Below are positions 50,101 through 64,000 of a stretch of DNA of 64,000 nucleotides, one piece after another. The notes below the pieces were generated by a model. The model saw only the letters and a program-made list of their open reading frames with translations. It ran no database searches and was not told where the DNA came from. Position 1 is the first letter of the stretch, and each line of letters begins with the position of its first letter. This DNA comes from Guillardia theta CCMP2712 (lineage: Eukaryota; Protista; Cryptophyta): assembly GCF_000315625.1 (NCBI RefSeq), contig NW_005434614.1, positions 126,573 to 190,572 of the forward strand, written 5' to 3'. The translations under genes were made by a program, and so were the position numbers.

Positions 50101-51182
50101 CAAGATGCGCTCAGATACGGAGATGCGGCGGAGGGAGACAGGAAGGAGGGACGAGGAGGAGGACGAGGAGGACGAGGAGATGGATGAGAGAGAGAGAATC
50201 ATCTCAGAATGGTAAGAATTCATGCATTGCCTCCCCTCGTAAAGCTACAGATGTTTTCATCGTGATGATTAGATATTGTTTCGAAAAATGAATTGTGCGA
50301 TGTCTGAACCTGTTCCATTATCTTGCTGTTTTTCATCGGAAGTAATTTGCTGCCTATTCCGTCCGTGTGTCTTCTTGAACTAGATTAGGATATGAGATCA
50401 TGGTTGGTCTATTCTTGCTGTCACATGCTCAGAGATTGTCCTTAGTCCGAAGCTGTGTATTTGATTGCTTGTAACAAGTGAGTTTTGATATATGAGCTGA
50501 CTTGAATGTACTGACAGGGCAAATTTCTCAGTCATGCATTTTATTGGAACGACAGTTCTTGGTGCTGTCGCAATGGTCTTCTTACTGAAAATCATCATTG
50601 ACATCTTGCCACCTTGGTGGAAGACCCCCATGAAATAAATTCCCCCGATAGAACAGACGGCATTGCTGAAAATTGAGAAATAAAATACAAGCAGATGTTT
50701 ATTGACAATATTCTCAAACCTACATCATTCACCCATATTTACTGTCTTAGGCTAGGAATCAAGCAGTTTGCTTTCCCTCTGTATTCCTGCATACGGAGAG
50801 CGAGAGAAAGCTGGTTGATGTGAGTGAGTTCTCAGCGAGTCTTGATCGAGATGATGTTGAACCAGCTACATCTCGCCTCTTCTCTTCGCATTCCCTGGAA
50901 GACTCAAACCGAACTCGTTACTTCATGACTTTGGAAGTCACGAGTTCTTTGAAATGCCATTCATAACAATGGTCGGATCCCTCAAATCTCCTCTGCGTCT
51001 TCCTTCGATCTCCGAGCACTTCCCTGCACTTGTTCCTCACCTCTTCCTCCCTCCTTCTCTTCCACCCTCCTCCCTCACCCCAACGTTTCTCCATCTGGCA
51101 TCCATTCCCCCCACCTCCCCCTTCACTACATTCGACATTTGACTCTGCATTTGACTAGCCCAGTCACAACGGCGCTCGCAGT

Positions 51183-51744
51183 ATGGTCGGAAGGCGCTCG
51201 GGGGGCGTCTGTAGGGGCGAGAGAAGGGAAGAGGACGCAGTTGCAGCAATGCTCTCAGCATCGGCTCGTTCCAAGGCCATGGAAGACATCTCCATGCAGC
51301 ATATCAACAAGATCGTCTGCATGTCCGAGCCGCCCGAGGAGCAAGGGATCGGACGGGTCCTTCACAAGGCGGCGCCCTCGCTGGCGTCCTCGCTGGTGAA
51401 GAGCAAGAGGATGAAGAAGGAGGAGGGGTATCGGCTGAAGGATGATGCCTTCTTCATGCGGATCCAGACAGACAGCGAGCTCAGCGACAGTCTCCACCTC
51501 ATGAGCACGATTAAGAAGCAAAGGATGGAGATCGGGAAGCTGCGGAACCGGCTGGCCTTCTTGCGGTCTGAAGAAGAGGAGATGATGGACGACTCCTTGC
51601 AGATGGTGTCCGATCCTCATCAGGACGAGCAGAACTTGTACAACCTGTATGCTCCTCTTTGCTGTTTGATCTTCATGACCTGTCGGCAGGGAGCAGAGGC
51701 TGAGACAAGAGCAGGAGAGGCTGCAGGAGGTACACATCATCTCC

Positions 51745-51811
<67 letters not shown>

Positions 51812-53287
51812 TTGCTGTTCCTGCTCCTCTCACTTCAAGATGCAGAGGCAAGAGAGAGCGAGCACTCTGTTGCGGTCAGCTCAAGACCTTATCAAGTCAC
51901 GGCAAGAAATCTTCACTCCCTCCGAGCAAGAGCGACAGAGCGATCGCTATGTGAACACTCTCTTTCTCATACGAAGGAAATTCTGTCTGTGAATGATGCG
52001 CAGGGGCTGCAAGAAAAGTTGATAACTCCATTTCCTGGCACTGCATCGCATGTGGGAGCTGAAGGGAGAGAACAGGTTTGAATGATGTTGCTCAAGGGTT
52101 GTTTTTCAAACAATTCTCCTCAGAATCTTGATCTCCGACCAAACTTGGAAGTTATGAGGACAGCATCGGTGATTCATCCATCTTCGCTCCAAGGGAACGG
52201 CTGTCAGTCTCGTGGTGTTTGCCTCCTTTCTCTGACATCCACTATCAAGTTGACTTGACCCCGCCGTCCAACATCGCCGACAATCGTCTCTCGCACGACA
52301 AGACGGCTAGCACGTTCAGCCAGGACGTGAAGATGAACATGTCTTTGCAGTATGCGGTGAGACTAGAGCGGTTTCCCAGGGGAGTTGTAACACAGTTTGT
52401 TCCCAATGGTTGCAGGCACAAACCGCAACTAGTCAGGAGAGTTTGAAGAACGTGGTGAGTTGTGGAGGAGTGTAACAAGTAGCAAGTGATCGGCTGCTCA
52501 AGGTGGCGGAGCTCGAGGAGCAGTTTGACAGGAAGATGCACTTCCTACGACAGGCGAGGAGGAGGAGGAGAAGGAGAAGGAGAAGGAGAAGGAGAAGGAG
52601 GAGGGAAAGGAGGAGGAGGAGGAGGCGGCGGCGGGAGGGAGGGGGGTGGGAAAGGAGGAGGAGGAGGCGGCGGGAGGTGGGGGGGATGAGCGTTCTTCGC
52701 ATGCTGACGGGCTCACAGGCCCAGGAGAAGATGATAGAGATGCAGCATTGGAGGGCCCAGCAGGGCAGCCAGCTGAGCAACGTGAGAGACAATGTTCAAG
52801 TTCTCAGGGATGATTGTCGTTCCAACAGCATCACGACATGTCGAGATTGAACTCCATCACATCTGCCAGCCCCCTGGTACGGCGCAAGAGTCGAATCCTC
52901 CTATCTTGTTGCAGCCTCCTCTTCCCTTCCTGATCTGGACTTGTTGCTTCGTTGCGCCTCTCCCGCTGCTCCTCTCCCTCCTCCTCTCCCTCTCCTCTCC
53001 TCCTCCTCTCCCTCCTCCTCTCCCTCCTCTCTCCTCTCCCTCCTCCTCTCTCGCTCCTCCCGCTGCATTGCAGCTGACTTTCTCCCCCTGCAGCTCTCGA
53101 AGCTGGTCCAGGATGCCGAGCGCAACATGTTCCATCTTACTCACGTGCGTTCTCCTCCACATGTGCCCAGCTGACGCCGCGCTCAGAGAGCAGAGACCCT
53201 GTCCACTATGCTGTCTTCCAGAGGAGGAGAAGCAGCTGCTGTTTCAGAAGGAGCAAGAGCAGCAGGAGCAGCAGGAGCAGCAGGAGC

Positions 53288-53344
<57 letters not shown>

Positions 53345-54855
53345 GGCAGTAGCTGGAGCAGGAGCAGGAGCAGCGGCAGTAGCTGGAGCAGGAGCAGGAG
53401 CAGGAGTTTCTTCGAATGATATGGTTTCGTCGTTCCCCCTATGGGAGGAGATGACTCGGCGGAACAGAGCTTTTCCTCCCTTCTCCCCTCCTTCCTCTAC
53501 CTCCTCCCCGCCGAAATCAGTGGGGCAGCAGCAGCGTTCGGCAACGATGAAGGCAGCTGGAGGCAGAAATTCCCTTGGGGGGACCAGGAGGAGCGACGCT
53601 GAAAGAGGAGGAGGAGGAGGAGGAGGAGGAGGAGGAGGAGGAGGAGGAGTGGAGTACGAGGGGGAGGTCGAGTATTCTCTCCAACGAGAGACGGCGGGAT
53701 CGGACAGGCAACGGTCTCATGTGGGCGAAGAGAGGAGGGAGAGGGACGTGATGATTGAGTGGGAGAGGGAGATGGCGATGGAGAAGGAAAGGGAAAAGCA
53801 GAGGGAGAGGGAGAGGGAGAGGGAGAGGGAGAGGGAGAGGGAGAGGGAGAGGGAGAGGGAGAGGGAGAGGGAGAGGGAGAGGGAGGATGAGAGGGAGAGG
53901 GAGGATGAGAGGGAGAGGGAGGAGGAGGAGAGAGAGCGGATGATGCTGAGGTCAGAGAGCAGCAGCACGTCGGATGACGAGCTGCAGGAGCGGCTCAATG
54001 CCATCAGGCGGGAGGTGGACGCCATGGAGCAGGACAGTGCGCTGCTGTCAGGAGGGAGACGACTGGCTGAGGAGGAGGAGGAGCTGGAGAGGAGGATAGC
54101 GATCCGAGGTATCGTCAAGGAAGCTACGGAGCAGTCGAGACCGAGCGGGAACGTGATGCTAGCAGATATCTTCAGAGCTGGTGGACCGAGGCTGAGCGAT
54201 AGCGACGAGGAGGAGGTTCTAAAGGAGGAGGTTCTAAAGGAGGAGGAGGAGGCTCTGTGGGAGGAGGAGGAGGAGGGGAGAGGGGAGGAGAGGGACAGGG
54301 TAGATGAAGACACGAGAAGCTTCCTATGGAGCTCAGGAGTGCGCGAGGAAGACCCCATGGAGTTTCTGCGGGACGGAAAGCTCTCAGCCACGAGCTCGCT
54401 CTTCTCCTCTCCTCTCGCATCCTCCAGGTGCTCTGCGTGCTCCCTCCACGTCCTGACCTCCAGTAAGGCTCGAGGAAGCGACCACTAGCGCCTTCATGGA
54501 GTCTGGACCGAGCAAGTACAGCTTTGAAAAGGTGATCCTGCCTCCTGCCTCTTGCCTCCTGCTGTCTCTCCTCCTCCTCCTCCTCCTCCTCCTCCTCATC
54601 CTTTTTACTTCGGCTCCTGACCTACCTCGACAACAGGACGAAGCGTTAGTCAGGTCGCAGCCCTTCACAGGTGAGGTTGCTGTAGCTCGATCCTCCTGAC
54701 TGGCAGCAGTCCGTCTGCCCCTTGACAGCAACGGTGTGGGCGAGCAGCTACTCATGCCGACCCCACGGATGCGCGAGGGAGGAGGAGGAGATGGTGGCGG
54801 TGGCGGTGGATTAAGAGGAGGAGGAGGACTCGAAGATCGCAAGCGATCGCTGTGA
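51183..54855 (+). CDS. Hypothetical coiled-coil/low-complexity protein (multi-exon; ends uncertain)
   Basis: Helical exons IKKQRMEIGKLRNRLAFLRSEEE, VAELEEQFDRKMHFLRQ, LQERLNAIRREVDAMEQD; ER dipeptide run; GT-AG introns. Confidence 0.55.
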
Positions 54856-55134
54856 AGATCTCTTTGTTGTTTTCAGTGTGAGTTTGACATGATTCGCAGG
54901 CATCTCGTTCCTTGTAACACTCCGAACGCGCACAAACAATTCGAGAGATTAGGTGGAGCTGAAGACGGAAGAAAGATGGAATGACGACGAGGAGGAGGAC
55001 GAGGAGGAGCAGCAGACGAAGACAAGAGAGATGGAGAAAAAAGAGAATGAGCAAGATGAGAAGAACAAAGTGAGAGGAGGCTTGCGAGGGGAGCAGGAAT
55101 AGCAAACAAGGCAAGGAGCGTCAAAAACGTCTTC

Positions 55135-58035
55135 TCACTTGTTGCATACAATCTGAAAGCTTCTCATCTGCTTCCTGTACATCCTCTTGGCTTCGCACGA
55201 CAGGGCAAGACATCTGCGCAACATGTTCCAGTTCTCTTCTATCCATTCTCTCGTCCACTCCATCTCAGTCGCCGCCGACCAGCTCCCATGCGCTCCCTCC
55301 CACTCTGTCATGAACAGCAGCGACTTCCTGCTGATGAAGACGCTGCGCGCGAGGCGGCGGAAGGAGGAGGAGAGGAGGAGGAGATCGCCGCGCAACAGAA
55401 GCCTCCTCCCCTTCCTCAGGAGCGAGACTTGAGACCTCCAGCGGGAGATGGAGGAGGAGGAAAAGGACGAGGAGAGCAACGAGCGAATCTTGGCCTCCGC
55501 TTCAGATCTGCGCCGTAGCAGGAGGACGGCGAGTTTCAAGGAGGAGAAGAAGAGGGCGAGGAGGGAAATTTTCTGTCTCGCCCTCCCTCGTCGCATGCTC
55601 AAGATCTGGCGGAGGCCATGAAAACTTGTAGACATGATGTTTCTGTCGTTGCGATGCAGGATGAAGGAAAGTTTGCTCTTTACCGTTGTTGACTTCCTCC
55701 ATGACGCAAGACAGTCGAGGATCAGATGCTTTTTTTCATTGCACCCATGTCTTGCCAACAGTCTGCCAACGATGGAAGAATGTCGAAGGGAGAATTTCCA
55801 CCAACACAAGTAAGTTTCGATCATGGTCTCCTGGTTTCTTCGCTGCACCTTCACCAGCATCTGATCTGTCGCAGAAAGACAGAGCAAGCTCGACCCAAGA
55901 CATGCCATCTTCCACGTTGACATGGACCTTCTGATACAATGAGACTGTTTGCGGGTATGGAAATGCTGAGAGATGAGATGATTGCTTCTGCGACGCAGAG
56001 TGAGGTAACTCCATTGGTGGAGGAGGCTTGACAACATCTGACGTTCCCTTCTTATCAACACAACTGTCGCCTGTCTCGTTGACACTCTCTCGACATCTCG
56101 CCTCCTCACCTTCACACTGATCAAACCTCTCCAAGCATGCATCACTTGCCTCGCTCGCTTGCGAGACATCATGGCCTCTTTGCAATTCATCTCCCTCCGT
56201 TTCATTCTCGTCAGATGTATCGCAACTTCGAACTGATGGAAAGCAAGCAAAACCACCGAAAACCCCGGGAGCCTCTGACCAGCAGGTGGAAGCAACCTCT
56301 GCTGATGTCTGATGATGATTGCTCTTGCATCGTTGAAACATCTCTTGTCATGAAACTGCAGCTCATCGTTATCTCCAATGTGTTGTGCTGCTCGCTGACC
56401 CAAGAGCTCCCTGCATGTCGACAACACGCTTATCATTCCTCCTTCCTGTACCACCCTCATGATCTCTCTGATCTGCTTCCGTTGACACTTGCCGTGGTGA
56501 AAACAGCGCCATTGCACGAAATTCTTTCGAAGAAGACCAAGTCTAGAGCAAGACAAGAAGTCCTTTGACAGATGTCTCCATCGTCGAACTTGCTTGACAA
56601 CATCGCACCACCTCGTCAAGAAGTCCAGCAGCAGTTTCACCAGCCGACGAGCATGAAAATCGTCCAACAACTGACTGCGCCATCGTCGAACACGATGATG
56701 ATCAAGCCACCTACCGAAACATCTTGACTTCAACTTGATCCTCGCACGCCGACGTGTTCGATCAAACTTGTCGTTCCTCCTCCTCATCTCAAGAGCGCAA
56801 GTGAACCATCTGTGTAGGACAGTTCTGAGTGTTGAACAAACACAGTTCATGTTCTCCTCCTTGTAAGAAAGCTTGTACAACATGTGATTACCTAGATTTT
56901 GCAGCCTGTTTCTATGCACTTGCACCAGTTCGTTCCGCCACAGACATTCATAAGACCATCGCTCGAAGATGTTCTTTTTGACAATCTTGACATGTCTCAG
57001 TCGAACAGAAGAAGCGATATGCTTGCAAGCTTGACTCTGATGACTGTCTCTTCGCCAGCAGTTGAAGGACGAAGACAACAAGACAACAGACGCAGTTAGA
57101 CAAACTTTCCTCGTGTACTTGTCAAAGATTTTCTGCCATTGCGAGAAGCCGCACCATCTGTCAAGACAACGCCTCATTCGTCTTCGGGAGAGATGCCTGG
57201 CAAACTGACGGCAGGCTCTCTGACTGAGACTATCTTGCTGCGAAAGAAAGGAGAGCAATCGTGTTTGCAGGTGTGAGACATGTCGTCTGAGGATGCGAGA
57301 CTCGTCCTTGCACATCTTCATCCTCAACAGCATTTTCTGCGCATCCACTGACATGTCAACGAGCGTTCTAACGGCCTGCGATCCGTCGAGAGAGACGTCA
57401 AAGGTACTTGTGAGAAGTGAGGATTCAGGCCTGTCCGAGCACGACCTGGCTCTAGCAGCTCGTTGACTAGCAAACAGGAGGTTGTTCTCAGTTGTCTTCA
57501 GTGATATCTCCATCTCATCGAGGATCGTAGACATCTGACTGTTCCATACCATCTTGTCATGAAACCCTTGGAACAGCGCAATTACATCCGCGTCCAGTCG
57601 ATCAGCGACTAACCTGCTCCTCTCTCTTCTCGAGTTTGCGATGGATCGCAGATGCTCCTGGGTCTGGACGAGATGGACTATCCGTTCAACGCGAGATGTT
57701 ATCTTCTCCACAAACTTCTCAACCTGTTCAACATGCCGTCCTGCGACTTCACTGGCTGTTCCGGAAAACTCGTCATACACCAGAAACTTGTCGTCGGTCA
57801 AGAGCCTGAAGTTCTCATCGAACAGAAGTTGCAGGTCCCTCTCATGGCTGTGATCTATAAAACTCATCTCGTGGATCATTAGATCCATGATGGAAGACGA
57901 CACACTAGCACGGAGATTGCGGTCAAAACTCAAAGCGCTTGCTGAATGTATTCCCGAGAGGTCTTGGATACTGAACGATGCCTCATTGCAATGCAGTGAG
58001 ACATCACATGCTGAAAAACGCGATTCTTCCTCCAT
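55135..58035 (-). CDS. Sfi1-like centrin-binding repeat protein
   Basis: 966-aa ORF with recurring basic helices ending in F/LxxW (RRCLDRW, SSFNCW, NIFERW, RCFGRW, DFLTRW, KNFVQW, QVMHAW, DCLASW). Confidence 0.7.
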   Translation of the reverse strand: MEEESRFSACDVSLHCNEASFSIQDLSGIHSASALSFDRNLRASVSSSIMDLMIHEMSFIDHSHERDLQLLFDENFRLLTDDKFLVYDEFSGTASEVAGRHVEQVEKFVEKITSRVERIVHLVQTQEHLRSIANSRRERSRLVADRLDADVIALFQGFHDKMVWNSQMSTILDEMEISLKTTENNLLFASQRAARARSCSDRPESSLLTSTFDVSLDGSQAVRTLVDMSVDAQKMLLRMKMCKDESRILRRHVSHLQTRLLSFLSQQDSLSQRACRQFARHLSRRRMRRCLDRWCGFSQWQKIFDKYTRKVCLTASVVLLSSSFNCWRRDSHQSQACKHIASSVRLRHVKIVKKNIFERWSYECLWRNELVQVHRNRLQNLGNHMLYKLSYKEENMNCVCSTLRTVLHRWFTCALEMRRRNDKFDRTRRRARIKLKSRCFGRWLDHHRVRRWRSQLLDDFHARRLVKLLLDFLTRWCDVVKQVRRWRHLSKDFLSCSRLGLLRKNFVQWRCFHHGKCQRKQIREIMRVVQEGGMISVLSTCRELLGQRAAQHIGDNDELQFHDKRCFNDARAIIIRHQQRLLPPAGQRLPGFSVVLLAFHQFEVAIHLTRMKRREMNCKEAMMSRKRARQVMHAWRGLISVKVRRRDVERVSTRQATVVLIRRERQMLSSLLHQWSYLTLRRRSNHLISQHFHTRKQSHCIRRSMSTWKMACLGSSLLCLSATDQMLVKVQRRNQETMIETYLCWWKFSLRHSSIVGRLLARHGCNEKKHLILDCLASWRKSTTVKSKLSFILHRNDRNIMSTSFHGLRQILSMRRGRARQKISLLALFFSSLKLAVLLLRRRSEAEAKIRSLLSSSFSSSSISRWRSQVSLLRKGRRLLLRGDLLLLSSSFRRLARSVFISRKSLLFMTEWEGAHGSWSAATEMEWTREWIEENWNMLRRCLALSCEAKRMYRKQMRSFQIVCNK

Positions 58036-58533
58036 GTCAGGTACAGACGAGCAGCAGCAGCGAGCTCGATGGCAGGGACTTCAATGGCAGTGCTGAATGA
58101 ACGTGTTGCTGCGCGTATCAGGAGAGGTGAGCATGGAAGAGGTTTGAAGAGAAGTCATGGTCGGCTGTACTCGAAGAAGCATGCGAGAGAAGGAGGATGT
58201 GAGGCGACAAGATGTCGGCGACGAGGAAGGGGGGGGGGGGGGGGATGGAAGCAGATGAACAGGAAAGGAAAGTTCTAGAAGGAAACAGGAGATGATACGG
58301 ACTGTGATGATTACAACAATGACAAGAACAACGAGGATCAGGAGTAGAAGGAAGAGGGGGAAAGTGGAAGCGAGGAGGAGGAAGCTACGTAGAGCAAGCA
58401 GGACGAAAAGAGGAGGGAGGAGGGGGAGGAGGAGACAACGGGAGGGAGGGAACGAGTGCAGGAGGAGGGAGGGGGGCAGGGCGAGTTGGTGAAAAGAGGG
58501 GTGGTAGGTATCGGAGAGTGGGTAGGGTAGGGA

Positions 58534-59271
58534 ATGTCAAACTTAAAAAAAATGGACAGGAAGGAATGGAGGGCGGACGACATGGCGGAGGAGCTGCGCA
58601 TGAGCAACAGAATGCACGAGAAGACGCTGAAAGCGAAAGGTGAAGAAGAAGAAGAATGATTCTTTATGAAGGAGAATGATTGTCTATGAAGAAGAAAGAT
58701 TGTTTATCAAGAAGAAACATTGTTGATGCAGAAGAAGGATAATCTCTGTTGAAGGAAAAAGAAACATGTGCGAAGAGCGTTTGTGTATGTATGAAGAAGA
58801 CTGTCGAATTTCGAGGAAAATTGTTGAATGAGAGCATGTTCATTCTTTATGCTACCCGAGTGCTGTATCTGTCTTTCGTAATGATAAAGTTGTTGGTAGA
58901 TGAGCTCCGGAAGAGAGTTCTGTGCTTGCAGCAGGAGCTGATGGATCGTTGTAAAGAAGATTCAATGAGGAAGGCAGAAAACTTGCATCTACGATCACTG
59001 TACAACATATCTACATCTTCAACATGGCTGTGTTGCAGTGAAACAAAAACAGGTTGAAGATGAAGGACAACGAGATAGCGAGTCTTCAGCAGAACGTCTC
59101 AGGTTTGTGCGATGCTCTGGCCCTGCCTTCTCATTGTGGCTTTTAGCATTGAATCAAGAGCTAGAGGCATGCAATACAGTCATCCTCTCACTAGAAGCAC
59201 AACTCGATGCGGTGATATCATGGAAGGAAAGAATATCAGAGTTCGACAGTCTGTTACAATCGCAGCCATGA
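58534..59271 (+). CDS. Small coiled-coil hypothetical protein (spliced)
   Basis: Exons MSNLKKMDRKEWRADDMAEELRM.., DELRKRVLCLQQELMDRC, ELEACNTVILSLEAQLDAVISWKERISEFDSLLQSQP*. Confidence 0.5.
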
Positions 59272-59296
59272 CATCTCGACAAGACCAGGGTGTCGG

Positions 59297-63740
<4,444 letters not shown>

Positions 63741-64000
63741 TCACTGTTGCTCGGGCTTTACAAGTCAATCGTGTTCATCATCGACCTGCAGGCTCATGTC
63801 AGACGACTGAAGGATTCAACGATGAAAGACCCTCCTTTCCACAAGTACTCTTGCCCTCAATCCCCTTGCCCCTTCCCCACCCTCCCCCTTCACATACCTT
63901 CCCTCATACTTCCATACATCTCTTCTTCCCATTCCTCACTCACTTTCTCACTCTCTTCCTGTCTCATTCTCTCTACCAGCTTCGCTCCCTCCCTCCCTCC

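Noticed and set aside
55135-58035. Horizontally acquired or retrocopied gene because it is a 2.9-kb uninterrupted ORF
   Set aside because: Other genes here also have 1-2.4 kb exons, and the product looks like a eukaryotic Sfi1-type protein.

Overview
Gene-dense, intron-rich eukaryotic nuclear DNA, not prokaryotic. Most ORF-track entries are shadows of microsatellites or single exons of spliced genes. Short GT-AG (some GC-AG) introns carry CTGAC/TTGAC branch sites about 10-15 nt before the AG and are often expanded by (GGA)n/(CCT)n repeats. A plastid enzyme has a bipartite 'signal peptide + Phe' presequence, indicating an alga with a complex red-derived plastid; a cryptophyte is my inference. 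I reconstructed about 18 genes by manual splicing: PDZ/coiled-coil, PH+MORN, a SAM-type carrier with a signal peptide, a stand-alone dynein-MTBD-like protein, plastid GPAT, a PH-cNMP-cNMP-PAK/STE20 kinase, ankyrin, a secreted Q-rich TPR protein, LTV1, a small signal-anchored protein, TPR-PB1-IQ-pseudokinase, WDR33/PFS2, FANCB-like, SAM-GAF-GAF, bestrophin-like+EF-hand, two coiled-coil proteins, Sfi1-like and ABCF3/GCN20. There are two N gaps. Most notable: a candidate cyclic-nucleotide-regulated PAK-type kinase, a free-standing dynein microtubule-binding-domain-like protein, a divergent FANCB, and a recurring CCGG/ACCG + GGGGT + AT-rich 'island' upstream of gene 5' ends. All domain calls come from motif recognition by eye, with no searches run. 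Spliced gene ends are approximate.
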